Assembly (NCBI GenBank): GCA_965248915.1
Contig: OZ252216.1
Coordinates: 3,349,889 to 3,413,888 of the forward strand
Reading direction: 5' to 3'
Length of the DNA stretch: 64,000 nucleotides
Origin: Alphaproteobacteria bacterium
GTDB lineage: Bacteria > Pseudomonadota > Alphaproteobacteria > M2410
The notes beneath the pieces were generated by a model. It was not told the DNA's origin, did no database searches, and was given only the letters and a program-made list of their open reading frames with translations. The number at the start of each line of letters is the position of its first letter. Position 1 is the first letter of the stretch. Of the stretch, positions 1-10,045 are shown in pieces. Both the position numbers and the translations under genes were made by a program.

Positions 1-91
1 CGGGATCGCCCGCCATGACATAAGTGACGAAGCCTGCTCGATTTTCTTTCTTCAGGGCCGCAAAGCGTCGATCGATTCTTGTCTCACTCAT
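1..91 (-). CDS. trpA: tryptophan synthase alpha subunit, first 30 codons only (gene runs off the window start)
   Basis: Too short for the ORF track. Reverse translation from ATG 91-89 reads [30 protein letters not shown], the conserved TrpA N-terminus. Its ATG overlaps the trpB stop (84-86), the usual trpB-trpA coupling. Confidence 0.8.
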   Translation of the reverse strand, partial: MSETRIDRRFAALKKENRAGFVTYVMAGDP

Positions 92-1331
92 CGATGTTTA
101 CTCCCAGCGCCGCCCCAACTGTGAACACGTCCTTATCGCCGCGTCCGCACATGTTCATAACGAGGAGATGGTCTTTGGGGTGCTTCGGAGCCATCTTGAT
201 CACATGCGCCAATGCATGGGCAGGTTCAAGGGCCGGGATGATCCCTTCGAGTGTGCAGCACAATTGAAAGGCTTCAAGGGCCTCATCATCGGTTGCTGAA
301 ACATAAGTCACGCGCCCAATTTCATTGAGCCAGGAGTGTTCCGGTCCAATCCCAGGGTAATCAAGGCCTGCTGAGATGGAATGTCCATCGATGATCTGGC
401 CATCTTCCGTTTGCAATAGGTAGGTGCGGTTGCCATGCAAAACGCCGGGTCGGCCGCCGGTTAAGGACGCTGCATGATGACCATCTCCTTGCTCGACGCC
501 GCGGCCAGCTGCCTCCACACCGAAAATCTCAATGTCGGTGTCATCAAGGAACGGATGGAAGAGCCCCATCGCATTTGAGCCGCCACCAATGCAGGCGACC
601 AAAGAATCTGGTAATCGACCTTCAGCCGCCATCATTTGTTCACGGACTTCGCGACCGATAATGGACTGAAAATCGCGCACCATCGCTGGATAGGGATGGG
701 GCCCGGCAACCGTCCCGATGATGTAGAACGTTTCATCGACATTGGTGACCCAATCACGAAGCGCCTCGTTCATGGCGTCTTTCAGCGTGCCAGTGCCAGA
801 GGTGACCGGCACGACCTCAGCACCCAGTAGCTTCATACGAAACACGTTGGGTTTTTGGCGCTCAATATCCGTTGCGCCCATATAGATGACGCAAGGCAGC
901 CCGAACCGCGCCGCAAATGTCGCGGTCGCGACGCCGTGTTGTCCGGCACCGGTCTCCGCAATGATGCGTTTTTTGCCCATGCGTCTTGCAAGCAGGATCT
1001 GGCCCAAGACGTTGTTCGCTTTGTGCGAACCGGTGTGATTTAGCTCATCGCGCTTGAAGTAGATCTTTGCACCGCCCAGATGAGTGGTCATCCGTTCGGC
1101 ATAGTAAAGCGGGCTCGGGCGGCCAACATAGTGCGCCCACAAGTCATCCATTTGATCTTTGAAGGCGGGATCTTGCTTTGCCGTCTCATACGCCTCTTCC
1201 AAGTCGAGAATAAGCGGCATCAATGTTTCCGCGACGAACCGCCCCCCGAAGATACCAAAATGCCCGGTGTCATCAGGGCCGGTTCGAATGGAGTTGGCTC
1301 TTTCGTTCGGCGTCTTTTTCTTATCTGTCAT
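84..1331 (-). CDS. trpB: tryptophan synthase beta subunit
   Basis: 415-aa ORF with the PLP-lysine motif [11 protein letters not shown] and GGGSNAMG. Full-length TrpB-like by eye. 4-bp ATGA overlap with the trpF stop. Confidence 0.97.
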   Translation of the reverse strand: MTDKKKTPNERANSIRTGPDDTGHFGIFGGRFVAETLMPLILDLEEAYETAKQDPAFKDQMDDLWAHYVGRPSPLYYAERMTTHLGGAKIYFKRDELNHTGSHKANNVLGQILLARRMGKKRIIAETGAGQHGVATATFAARFGLPCVIYMGATDIERQKPNVFRMKLLGAEVVPVTSGTGTLKDAMNEALRDWVTNVDETFYIIGTVAGPHPYPAMVRDFQSIIGREVREQMMAAEGRLPDSLVACIGGGSNAMGLFHPFLDDTDIEIFGVEAAGRGVEQGDGHHAASLTGGRPGVLHGNRTYLLQTEDGQIIDGHSISAGLDYPGIGPEHSWLNEIGRVTYVSATDDEALEAFQLCCTLEGIIPALEPAHALAHVIKMAPKHPKDHLLVMNMCGRGDKDVFTVGAALGVNIDE

Positions 1332-1972
1332 TTTTCCGCCTGTGATGTCGCCGCCTTCATGAAGGCTTTGATCTTATCGCTGTCTTTCAGGCCTCGACCG
1401 GTTTCAACGCCGGAAGAGACATCGACGATGGGGGCGCCCGTTTGAGCAATGGCGGCGCCTATGTTTTCTGGCGTCAGCCCACCGGCCAACATCCAAGGAA
1501 AATCAAAATCTTGTCCCTCAAGAAGTCGCCAATCAAAAGGCGCGCCGCCGCCTCCCGCCAAGTCGTTCGGTTTAGAAGGTTTGGCGTCGAACAGCAAGAT
1601 GTCCGCAACGCTGCTGAAAACCTTGGTGGAGGCAATATCCTCAGGGCCCGCAATAGGCAGTGCTTTTATGATGGGCTTCTGGGTCCGTGCCCGAATGTCA
1701 GCAATCCGCACCGCGTCCTCTTGCCCATGCAGTTGGATGTAGTCGGCAAAATCTAAAACGGCATCGAGGTCCCTGTCGCGAGGATCGACAAAGAGAACAA
1801 CCGACTTGCACCCGCGCAAGACGAACTGAGACAAGTTCCGGGCGTTTTCAACGCTAACAGCCCGCGGACTCTTGGGGTGCAAATTGAAACCAACAAAGGC
1901 AGCCCCTTCCGTCACCGCACAATCAACATGCAGGCGATCTTTCAGGCCACAAATTTTGACAGGAACAGACAT
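1328..1972 (-). CDS. trpF: N-(5'-phosphoribosyl)anthranilate isomerase
   Basis: The ORF track gives 1328..2053. The internal Met at 1972 gives [10 protein letters not shown]..., the typical TrpF start, and avoids overlap with pyrF (stop at 1977). Confidence 0.9.
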   Translation of the reverse strand: MSVPVKICGLKDRLHVDCAVTEGAAFVGFNLHPKSPRAVSVENARNLSQFVLRGCKSVVLFVDPRDRDLDAVLDFADYIQLHGQEDAVRIADIRARTQKPIIKALPIAGPEDIASTKVFSSVADILLFDAKPSKPNDLAGGGGAPFDWRLLEGQDFDFPWMLAGGLTPENIGAAIAQTGAPIVDVSSGVETGRGLKDSDKIKAFMKAATSQAEK

Positions 1973-1976
1973 GCGG

Positions 1977-2687
1977 CTAAGACAAGTTGAGACTGGCAGC
2001 GATTTCTGCCGCCGCCTGGCCTGGGTTCGCCGCCTGAGTGATTGGGCGCCCAATCACGAGAATGTCGGCGCCGAGGTCGTAAGCCTCGCGTGGCGTCATG
2101 ACCCGTTTTTGATCACCAATGTCAGCACCGACTGGTCGGATGCCCGGTACAATGAGTTTAAAGTCAGGCCCACACGCTGCGCGCAAGGCTTCAATCTCGT
2201 GTGAAGAACAAACCACCCCGCCAAGGCCGCTAGCCTGAGCAAGTTGCGCGAGCGCAATCACTTGCTCCCGCGGCGACCGGGTCACGCCGGTATCTGATAG
2301 ATCGTTTTCATCAAGGCTGGTCAGCACCGTGACGCCAATGACAAGAGGGGCTGCATCGCCCGCTTTGGTTGCCTCGCGTGCGGCCGCTTCCATCATGGCA
2401 CGCCCGCCAACAGTGTGAACATCAATGATCGCGGGTCCAAGATCTGCCACTGCCCGTACGCCACCCGCGACGGTGTTGGGAATGTCATGGAGTTTCAAAT
2501 CAAAAAAGACGGGTATTCCCAAGCCCACAATGGCCCGCGCCCCTTCCGGGCCAGTAGCGTTGAAGAACTCAAGCCCAATCTTCAATCCGCCCACTGATCC
2601 ACGCACGGCTTCCCCAATCCGAACCGCTTGGGCGAGATCGGTGGTATCCAGCGCGCAGAATATGGGGTTGGACAGTCGAAGCATCAT
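1977..2687 (-). CDS. pyrF: orotidine 5'-phosphate decarboxylase
   Basis: 236-aa ORF with the FFDLKLHDIPNTV active-site motif and a PGIRP phosphate loop. Confidence 0.93.
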   Translation of the reverse strand: MMLRLSNPIFCALDTTDLAQAVRIGEAVRGSVGGLKIGLEFFNATGPEGARAIVGLGIPVFFDLKLHDIPNTVAGGVRAVADLGPAIIDVHTVGGRAMMEAAAREATKAGDAAPLVIGVTVLTSLDENDLSDTGVTRSPREQVIALAQLAQASGLGGVVCSSHEIEALRAACGPDFKLIVPGIRPVGADIGDQKRVMTPREAYDLGADILVIGRPITQAANPGQAAAEIAASLNLS

Positions 2688-2817
2688 CGCTCGCGGTTAT
2701 AGCAGAATGAGCCCGCCGTACAAGCTGTCCCGCAAGCTTTTGGGGTCAGGTCTTGCGTCTTGTTTGCAGGCGAATCGATCTTCATAGTTTTGGGTCTTGA
2801 GACAAGGAGCCGATCCA

Positions 2818-3666
2818 ATGCCCCGATCCCCTCGAATGGACTTCCCAGGCGCTCTTCATCACGCGACCGCGCGCGGCAACCGCGGCCAGAACATCTTCCA
2901 GGATGCGCAAGACTCTGAAGCCTTTTTGCGCCTTCTGGGGGAATGCAGTGCGCGATTCGGATGGCAAATTCTCAGCTTTTGCCTCATGCCCGACCGCTAT
3001 CATCTGGCGATTGAAACACCGGATGGCGGTCTTGCGCGCGGAATGCGCCATCTTAATGGCACCTATACCCAGCGTATGAACCGAAAGTATGAAACCCGAG
3101 GACATCTCTTTGATGGCCGTTACAAAGCGGTCTTGATGGAACAGGAGGCCTTTCTGCGCGATCTCATCCGTTACATTGCCCTTGCACCCGTACGTGCCGG
3201 ATTGACCGACCGCGCCGAGATTTGGCGTTGGAGCAGCTACCGCGAATGCTTGGCAGAGCACCGCGAACAAGAAACAGGCTGTTTGGCCCGTGCGCGTGTG
3301 TTGACGTTCTTCGGCGAAAATGCATCTGATGCCCGCCAGGCTTTGAGGGCGTTCGTCAACGCTGGCGCCAATCAGACCGACAAAGTAGAAGCGTTCGAGA
3401 AGGACCTGAAATGCAAGGCCGTTCTAGGTTCAAAGGCCTACGTAGAGACTGTGTCGAGCTTGTTAGGCGGCGAGGGTCAAGGTCACCGTGCGCCAGTTTC
3501 GCAACTTGCCATATCGGATTTTCTCCAAGTCTCGGAGGATAGAAATGAAGCCATGGCCAAGGCCTACCTTGAAGGAGGCCACACCCTTCGCGTTATCGCC
3601 GACGCTTTCGGGGTTCATGAAAGCACCGTCAGTCGTGCCGTCGCCAAGAACGCGGTGATGCAATAA
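2818..3666 (+). CDS. Y1 (IS200/REP-associated-like) transposase-family protein with C-terminal helix-turn-helix
   Basis: Core ...FCLMPDRYHLAIETPDGGLARGMRHLNGTYTQRMNRKYETRGHLFDGRYKAVL...RYIALAPVRAGL...WRWSSY matches the COG1943/Y1_Tnp pattern. The C-terminus HTLRVIADAFGVHESTVSRAV is HTH-like. Start placed at the Met of MPRSPRMDF. Confidence 0.7.
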   Translation: MPRSPRMDFPGALHHATARGNRGQNIFQDAQDSEAFLRLLGECSARFGWQILSFCLMPDRYHLAIETPDGGLARGMRHLNGTYTQRMNRKYETRGHLFDGRYKAVLMEQEAFLRDLIRYIALAPVRAGLTDRAEIWRWSSYRECLAEHREQETGCLARARVLTFFGENASDARQALRAFVNAGANQTDKVEAFEKDLKCKAVLGSKAYVETVSSLLGGEGQGHRAPVSQLAISDFLQVSEDRNEAMAKAYLEGGHTLRVIADAFGVHESTVSRAVAKNAVMQ

Positions 3667-3682
3667 TTATTAGAGAGCGAGA

Positions 3683-3982
3683 CTACGAAGTAGGGCCTTC
3701 GATCCGTTCCAGGTCTTTTTCCAAGTGAGAGGCGCGCTTCTTGTTGCGACGGGCGGCTTGACGCCAGCGCCCCTGTCCAACCCATGAGGCCGATCCGCCA
3801 ACGACCACGCCAATGATGAACGCCAAAAAGAGAAGCAGATAAAGCGGAATGGAAAGTCCGATGGCCGGATCTTGGGCATTGAAGGGGTCAAAGCTGAACA
3901 AAACCAGGTGACGATTGGCGACAGCCAAGTAAATAGTAGCAAGACCCGCCGGAACACCAATGACCCAAGTAGAAAGTCGCAT
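3683..3982 (-). CDS. LapA-domain (DUF1049) inner-membrane protein
   Basis: 99 aa with two hydrophobic helices followed by a basic coiled tail. Sits immediately downstream of ihfB, as is common in alphaproteobacteria. Confidence 0.6.
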   Translation of the reverse strand: MRLSTWVIGVPAGLATIYLAVANRHLVLFSFDPFNAQDPAIGLSIPLYLLLFLAFIIGVVVGGSASWVGQGRWRQAARRNKKRASHLEKDLERIEGPTS

Positions 3983-4031
3983 GTCGGAACTCCTGGAACT
4001 GTCCGGCGAGAGAAGCGCGGCCTCAAACTAA

Positions 4032-4343
4032 TTAGAAGGGCGTCTCAGGCGGCGAGGTCGGTTCAGTCTTGTTCAACCTTTCGCGCAATTCTTTGCCGGT
4101 TTTGAAGAACGGCACGTGCTTGGCAGCCACTTCGACAGGCTCTCCTGTGCGTGGATTTCGGCCAACCCGCGCGGGCCTTTGTTTGACCGAAAAAGCCCCA
4201 AACCCGCGCAGTTCAACTCGGTCTCCGCGGGAAAGCGCATTGGAAATCTCATCGAGAATCGTATTCACGATGCGCTCCACGTCGCGCTGATATAGGTGAG
4301 GATTGGCTTCGGCGATCCGCGCCACCAATTCGGATTTGATCAT
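4032..4343 (-). CDS. ihfB: integration host factor beta subunit
   Basis: The internal Met at 4343 gives [12 protein letters not shown]...[26 protein letters not shown], the HU/IHF fold signature. The upstream 31 codons of the ORF look non-coding. Confidence 0.93.
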   Translation of the reverse strand: MIKSELVARIAEANPHLYQRDVERIVNTILDEISNALSRGDRVELRGFGAFSVKQRPARVGRNPRTGEPVEVAAKHVPFFKTGKELRERLNKTEPTSPPETPF

Positions 4344-4594
4344 GATATTCCGACCCCAATTAGGCCGCCCAAACGGGCGAAATCTAAATTCTCTCAAGTC
4401 TATCAAGAGGTTGCCAAAGGTCGGGGCACGCGTCAAGAGTTAAGTCATTCTATCACAAGGCTTTTTCCGAAAATGTTTTTCATAAGGCAGCGAAAGAGGC
4501 GGAACGACATTTCCACTGAATGGTTGATCATCGAGCACCTCCGCCACGCAATGGTGGAAATGAGGTCGTTGTTCTGCCGACATCTTGAGCTTTT

Positions 4595-5131
4595 GTGCGG
4601 GATATGTTGATTGCCCATCTCCCCGCCGGATACCTGGTCGCAAACATTTTGCCAATTGGCAGGTCGCAAAAATTGGCACCGGCGCCCCAAATACTAATGG
4701 CAACTATGGTTGGAAGCATGTTTCCAGATATTGATATGCTTGCCTTTCTGTTCTGGGATCAAGGGCAATTCCACCATCATGACTATTGGCTGCACATCCC
4801 CTTCTTCTGGTTGCTCGTCGGCTCGGCAATCTGGATGCCTCTCGGTATCGCGGGGCCGGATGCTACCTTTGCAAGCAGAGTAAAAGGTCTTGTATTGGCC
4901 TTTGGATCTGGCATTTTTCTCCATCTCTTGCTCGACAGCTATGCCGCGCCAATCCGTTGGTTTCTACCCTTGAGTGACATTCGGATTGAGCTCATCCACG
5001 TACCGGCCACCCACTCCCATTGGATCCTGAGTATGGTCCTCCATTGGAGTTTCCTGGCGGAACTAGCCATCTGGATGGCCGCCATATCGTGTTTCCTGTG
5101 GAAAAGAAATGGGAGCAACCCGACCCAGTGA
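4595..5131 (+). CDS. YdjM/DUF457-like membrane-bound metal-dependent hydrolase
   Basis: 178 aa, multi-helix hydrophobic, with MLIAHLPAGY at the N-terminus, an FPDIDM motif and His-rich loops typical of the family. GTG start; the Met at 4604 is also possible. Confidence 0.6.
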   Translation: MRDMLIAHLPAGYLVANILPIGRSQKLAPAPQILMATMVGSMFPDIDMLAFLFWDQGQFHHHDYWLHIPFFWLLVGSAIWMPLGIAGPDATFASRVKGLVLAFGSGIFLHLLLDSYAAPIRWFLPLSDIRIELIHVPATHSHWILSMVLHWSFLAELAIWMAAISCFLWKRNGSNPTQ

Positions 5132-5158
5132 AGTCGAGGAGTGTCCTGTCTCAAAGAA

Positions 5159-5184
5159 AATGCCGGGATCGAAATCCCGGCATT
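5159..5184 (-). terminator. rho-independent terminator downstream of rpsA (possibly bidirectional)
   Basis: Perfect 11-bp stem AATGCCGGGAT/ATCCCGGCATT with a CGAA loop. On the minus strand it is followed by TTTTCTTTGA. Lies between the convergent genes ending at 5131 and 5213. Confidence 0.7.
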
Positions 5185-5212
5185 CTGTCTCTGTAGCGAT
5201 GTCGACGAGAGC

Positions 5213-7027
5213 TTACGCTTTGTCGTCTACTTTCTCCGCGTCGTCAGTAGCTTCAGCTTCTTCCGCAGCAGGTTCTTCTTCTGCGGCGGGCTCTTCAGTC
5301 GCCTCAGATGCCGCGGCCGCTTCATCACCAGGCTCGTTGGCTTGCAGAGCTGATCCCAGAATATCGCCCAATGTGGCGCCAGAATCCGATGAACCGTATT
5401 GGGCCACCGCTTCTTTTTCTTCTGCGACTTCGCGCGCTTTGATCGACAGGCCGATCTTCCGGCTGGATTTGTCGAGGCTTGTCACACGAGCATCGATCTT
5501 GTCGCCAACTGCAAACCGTTCTGGCCGCTGGTCGGAACGATCACGGGCAAGATCAGAACGACGAATAAAGGCCTTAAAGCCTTCACCGACTTCCACTTCG
5601 ACCCCGTTATCTTGGATGGCGGTTACTGTGCAAGTCACAACCGAGCCACGCTTGATGGTTCCAACAGAATCCATCGGGTCGCCGCCGAGCTGTTTGACGC
5701 CAAGAGAAATGCGCTCTTTCTCTTGATCTACATCGAGCACAACCGCCTTGATGACGTCGCCCTTCTTATAGTCGGCGATGGCATCATCACCGGACCGGTT
5801 CCAGTCCAGATCCGACATGTGAACCATGCCGTCCAAGTCGCCTTCAAGACCGACAAAGAGACCAAATTCGGTGACGTTTTTGATTTCACCTTCGATTTGG
5901 GTGCCAGAAGGATACCTGTCCGCAAAGCTTGTCCAAGGATTGTCCATGCACTGCTTGAGGCCAAGAGAAATACGGCGCTTGGCCGGATCGACCTCCAGAA
6001 CCATGACTTCGACTTCTTGGCTTGTGGAAACGATTTTGCCGGGGTGAACGTTCTTTTTGACCCAGCTCATCTCAGAGACGTGGACCAGGCCTTCAACACC
6101 AGGCTCAAGCTCAACAAAAGCACCATAGTCGGTGATGTTGGTGACCCGTCCAGTGAAGCGACCGTCGATCGGATATTTAGCTTCGACGCCCTCCCATGGA
6201 TCGGCTTCAAGCTGCTTCATGCCCAAGCTGATCCGTTGGGTTTCCTGGTTGATCTTGATGATTTGAACTTTGACCGTTTCGCCAATGGTCAAAACGTCGG
6301 AAGGGTTGTTGACCCGTCGCCAGGCGATATCGGTGACGTGCAACAGACCGTCGACGCCGCCGAGGTCCACAAACGCACCGTAATCGGTGATGTTTTTGAC
6401 CACGCCTTCGACCACTTGGGCTTCTTCCAAGTTGGCCACAAGCTCGCTGCGCTGTTCGGCTCTGGTTTCTTCAAGAACCGCCCGGCGCGAAACAACGATG
6501 TTACCGCGCCGCTTGTCCATCTTGAGAATTTGGAATGGCTGCGGAATATTGAGCAAAGGCCCAACGTCGCGAATGGGGCGAATATCGACCTGGCTGCCAG
6601 GCAAAAACGCCACGGCGCCGTCGAGATCGACCGTAAATCCACCTTTGACGCGACCAAAGATGACACCTTGGACCCGTTCATTTTCACCATAGGCTTTTTC
6701 TAGGTTTATCCAGCTTTCCTCGCGGCGCGCTTTTTCGCGCGATAGCATGGCCTCACCTGAGGAGTTTTCAACCCGCTCAAGATAGACTTCGACTTGATCG
6801 CCAGCCTTTAAGGTGGATTCTTGGCCTGGCAGTGCGAATTCTTTCAAAGGGACGCGGCCTTCGGTTTTTAGGCCAACGTCAATCAAAGCGGCGTCCGCTT
6901 CGATACTGAGCACCGTGCCGGTTACCACGGAGCCTTCGGCGGTCCGATCATCGGACCAAGTTTCATCCAGAAGGGCAGTAAAATCCTCTAATGAGGGATT
7001 TAGCCCTGGATCGGTAGCGTTAGACAT
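5213..7027 (-). CDS. rpsA: 30S ribosomal protein S1
   Basis: 604 aa with six S1/OB repeats (recurring G.V..V..FGAFV.L blocks) and an acidic C-terminal tail. Confidence 0.97.
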   Translation of the reverse strand: MSNATDPGLNPSLEDFTALLDETWSDDRTAEGSVVTGTVLSIEADAALIDVGLKTEGRVPLKEFALPGQESTLKAGDQVEVYLERVENSSGEAMLSREKARREESWINLEKAYGENERVQGVIFGRVKGGFTVDLDGAVAFLPGSQVDIRPIRDVGPLLNIPQPFQILKMDKRRGNIVVSRRAVLEETRAEQRSELVANLEEAQVVEGVVKNITDYGAFVDLGGVDGLLHVTDIAWRRVNNPSDVLTIGETVKVQIIKINQETQRISLGMKQLEADPWEGVEAKYPIDGRFTGRVTNITDYGAFVELEPGVEGLVHVSEMSWVKKNVHPGKIVSTSQEVEVMVLEVDPAKRRISLGLKQCMDNPWTSFADRYPSGTQIEGEIKNVTEFGLFVGLEGDLDGMVHMSDLDWNRSGDDAIADYKKGDVIKAVVLDVDQEKERISLGVKQLGGDPMDSVGTIKRGSVVTCTVTAIQDNGVEVEVGEGFKAFIRRSDLARDRSDQRPERFAVGDKIDARVTSLDKSSRKIGLSIKAREVAEEKEAVAQYGSSDSGATLGDILGSALQANEPGDEAAAASEATEEPAAEEEPAAEEAEATDDAEKVDDKA

Positions 7028-7204
7028 TCAAATCTCCAATCAATCAAATAGGTATTCGGGCCGGTCGGTTGTGTCCGACGGTCTTCCTCCAAGGATCTGG
7101 TCGTGACCTAGATCCTCAAAAGCAAGCGTTCAGCTTTCTTGAGTGAGCTTTATCTGGTGTCTGAAGCCGGCCGAAACCCTATCCGGGTCTGAAGCTTCTC
7201 TCCT

Positions 7205-7843
7205 TTATGAAGCAGCGCCGTTTTGACCTGTCCGGTCAATGAGGGCGCAGGCCGTCTCGAACGCGGCTTCTATACTCAATTCAGTCGTATCGAGCAAGTG
7301 CCCATCTTGTGCGGGCTTCATCGGGGAGACTTCCCTCTCCTCATCGCGCCGGTCTCGCTCAACCACCTGTGAGAGAATATCTCCCTCTTCAACGGTTTCG
7401 CCACGTTCCAAAAGCTCCAAAAAGCGCCGTTTCGCACGGGTCTGAGCATTGGCAGTGACGAACAGTTTGATTTCAGCCTCGGGACAAACCACGGTGCCGA
7501 TGTCGCGACCTTCAAGAACGGCTCCTGGGGGGGTCTTCGCAAAATTTCGCTGAAAGGCGAGAATGGCGGCACGTACATCTGGAATAGCAGAGACGATGGA
7601 GGCTGCAACCCCCACCTCAGCGGTGCGCAAAGCCTCCTCAAACCGAAGATCAGGGTCAAGGGTTTGGGCAGCGTAGATGGCGCGGGCCTGATCGGTTGGG
7701 TCTGATCCTTCTCTGAGAACCGTGAGGGCAACCGCACGGTAAAGAGAACCGGTGTCGAGGTAATGAAAACCGTAATGTCTTGCCAAACGACGCGCCAAAG
7801 TTCCCTTGCCTGAGGCAGCAGGACCGTCAATCGCAATGATCAT
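7205..7843 (-). CDS. cmk: cytidylate kinase
   Basis: MIIAIDGPAASGKGT P-loop and an LDTGSLYR motif. 4-bp ATGA overlap with the aroA stop. Confidence 0.95.
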   Translation of the reverse strand: MIIAIDGPAASGKGTLARRLARHYGFHYLDTGSLYRAVALTVLREGSDPTDQARAIYAAQTLDPDLRFEEALRTAEVGVAASIVSAIPDVRAAILAFQRNFAKTPPGAVLEGRDIGTVVCPEAEIKLFVTANAQTRAKRRFLELLERGETVEEGDILSQVVERDRRDEEREVSPMKPAQDGHLLDTTELSIEAAFETACALIDRTGQNGAAS

Positions 7844-9270
7844 GGTGCCTCCGATTTCAATATTGCGCCGAGCGAAGTCATGAGCTCGACGAAATTTGGA
7901 AAACTTGTTTGAATGGAACTGGCATCATCCACCGAAACCGGCGCGTCGGCCACAAGCCCTAAGGTGAGAAATGACATAGCGATACGGTGATCAAAATGCG
8001 TTTGCACCATCGCTCCCCCAGGAACACCGGAACCATTTCCGCGAGTTGAGGGCCGACCTGCAAGTATCAAATCGTGACTCTGTTCACGCACTTCGACCCC
8101 ACAAGCCTCAAGACCTTGCGCCATGGCAGCCAGTCGGTCACTTTCCTTGATCCGAAGCTCTTGCAATCCGAGCATGGTGGTTTCGCCGTCCGCCACAGAG
8201 GCCACGGCGGCCAGGATAGGGTATTCATCGATCATTGACATAGACCGTTCCGGCGGGACGGTGACGCCCTTAAGCGGTCCTGAGACAATATGAAGGTCTG
8301 CGACCTGCTCTCCGCCCGCCAATCTCTCGTTTTCAAAGGCAATCTGTGCACCCATTTCACTCAATGTTGTGTAGAAACCCGTCCGGGTGGGATTGATCAG
8401 AACGTTTTCAATCAACAAGTCTGAGCCCTCCACCATCACCGCCGCTGCCGCCAAAAAAGCCGCTGAGGAGGGGTCTCCAGGCACATCTATAGGGGTGGCT
8501 TTGAGCTCTGGGTGTCCATGTAGTTGGATACGGGTGCCATCTTCTTGCGGAACGCTGGAGATCTGGGCCCCAAATGCTTCCAGCATGATCTCAGTGTGGT
8601 CGCGGGTCGGTTTGGCCTCGATCACGGTCGTGATCCCAGGGCAATTGAGGCCAGCCAGAAGAACCGCCGATTTCACCTGGGCTGAAGGTACCGGCAAGAC
8701 ATACTCAATGGGAACCGGCGAGCGAGCCCCGGAGATGGTGAGCGGCAACGTTCCGCCCTCCCCTCTGACAAATTGAGCCCCAAAGCGGCCAATCGGGTCC
8801 ATGATCCTCTTCATAGGTCGGCGACTGAGGTAGGGGTCACCGACAAAAGTCGCAGTGACGTCATGAGTGCCGAGGAGCCCCATAAGAAGGCGCACTCCAG
8901 TTCCTGAATTTCCAAGATCGAGATGGGCTTGAGGTTGCTGGAGGCCGCCAATGCCAAGACCGTCAACCTCCCAACGGCCCTCAGCCGTCCGCGTGATGTG
9001 AGCCCCAAGTGCTTGCAGGGCTCGAGCCGTGCACAGCACATCGTCCCCTTCGAGGAGGCCGGAGATCTCAGTCGTTCGCGTCGCCAACGCTCCAAAAATC
9101 AGGGCTCGATGGGAAATGGACTTGTCTCCGGGGACTTTAACCCGCCCCCGCAAGGGTTGTGCGCCGGACGCGGTCAAAGGCTGGGGAGGGGCCGAATGTG
9201 TCAGGACATGTCTCCAAAAATGAAGGCCTTCATGAAGAGATGATCTAGACCATAAGAGCCCGGCGCGCAA
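7840..9270 (-). CDS. aroA: 3-phosphoshikimate 1-carboxyvinyltransferase (EPSP synthase)
   Basis: Motifs PGDKSISHRALIFGALA and LDLGNSGTGVRLLMGLL. The start is uncertain: the conserved region begins about 30 codons into the ORF. Confidence 0.93.
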   Translation of the reverse strand: MRAGLLWSRSSLHEGLHFWRHVLTHSAPPQPLTASGAQPLRGRVKVPGDKSISHRALIFGALATRTTEISGLLEGDDVLCTARALQALGAHITRTAEGRWEVDGLGIGGLQQPQAHLDLGNSGTGVRLLMGLLGTHDVTATFVGDPYLSRRPMKRIMDPIGRFGAQFVRGEGGTLPLTISGARSPVPIEYVLPVPSAQVKSAVLLAGLNCPGITTVIEAKPTRDHTEIMLEAFGAQISSVPQEDGTRIQLHGHPELKATPIDVPGDPSSAAFLAAAAVMVEGSDLLIENVLINPTRTGFYTTLSEMGAQIAFENERLAGGEQVADLHIVSGPLKGVTVPPERSMSMIDEYPILAAVASVADGETTMLGLQELRIKESDRLAAMAQGLEACGVEVREQSHDLILAGRPSTRGNGSGVPGGAMVQTHFDHRIAMSFLTLGLVADAPVSVDDASSIQTSFPNFVELMTSLGAILKSEAP

Positions 9271-9415
9271 ACCGCAGGGGAGGGCCGGTCACATCTATTG
9301 TGAGCCCGCAGTGAATAAGGTTTTGACAGGCCCCGTCGTTCGTGGCAAAGGACGCCGAAATAGCAAATGCCCTTGTGTTCCCAAGGAACGGCATTAATCG
9401 GAGGAAACTCGATCC

Positions 9416-9823
9416 GTGGCAAAACCTGAATTAGGAGAGAAAAGGACCTGTCCAGAGTGCAGTGCAAGGTTCTACGATCTCAACAAATCACCCTGTGAGT
9501 GCCCGAAGTGTGATCACGCCTTTGAGCCTGAGGTGCTCTTGAAGTCGAAACGCAAGCCCGATGAGGCTGCGGCGGCTGCCGAAATAGCTAAGAAGGCCAA
9601 GGAAGCCGAAGAGGCCAAGAAGGCCAAGGAAGCCGAAGAAGCAAGCAAGACCAGCGGTGACGATGACGCGGACATTATCTCCATCGAAGATATCGATGAA
9701 GGTGATGACGATGACAACGATAGCGAAAGCGATGATACATTGATTGCGCTGGAAGACGACGATGACAGTGATGTCTCTGTCATCTTGGACGCGCCCGTCG
9801 AGACCGATAAAGCAATCGACTAG
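9416..9823 (+). CDS. TIGR02300 (FYDLN-acid) family zinc-ribbon protein
   Basis: CPECSARFYDLNKSPCECPKC zinc ribbon followed by a Lys/Glu-rich then Asp-rich tail. GTG start. Confidence 0.8.
   Translation: MAKPELGEKRTCPECSARFYDLNKSPCECPKCDHAFEPEVLLKSKRKPDEAAAAAEIAKKAKEAEEAKKAKEAEEASKTSGDDDADIISIEDIDEGDDDDNDSESDDTLIALEDDDDSDVSVILDAPVETDKAID
9590..9643 (+). repeat. tandem 27-bp duplication (25/27 identical) inside the TIGR02300 gene
   Basis: aagaaggccaaggaagccgaagaggcc / aagaaggccaaggaagccgaagaagca, encoding KKAKEAEEA twice. Confidence 0.9.
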
Positions 9824-9969
9824 CAGGTCTGACGGGCGCTCTAGCGCGCTCGGCGGATTTGTCCATTCGCGTGATTTGAAGAAGGGGCGGTCCTATTTTC
9901 GCGACCGCCTCAGGGAGCCCGAGGTGCAACTTGTATGTACGACGGCGCGCCTGCCACCCTTTTGGCGAA

Positions 9970-10045
<76 letters not shown>

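Noticed and set aside
5213-5330. Acidic Ala/Glu-rich C-terminal extension of S1 (EPAAEEEPAAEE...), and the KKAKEAEEA duplication at 9590..9643, as candidate functional repeats
   Set aside because: Ordinary low-complexity tails and slippage-type duplications. There is no evidence for a separate function.
5399-6703. 434-aa plus-strand ORF, with companions at 5109..5726 and 6387..6692, opposite rpsA
   Set aside because: Entirely nested antisense to a full-length, six-repeat S1 gene. The sequence is low-complexity with no recognisable motif. Typical shadow ORF.
7840-9270. N-terminal extension of about 30 aa on AroA as a possible novel domain
   Set aside because: This is more likely start-codon ambiguity. 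The conserved region begins near LRGRVKVPGDKSISHR, and no in-frame ATG or GTG lies closer, so I kept the ORF-track start and flagged it as uncertain.
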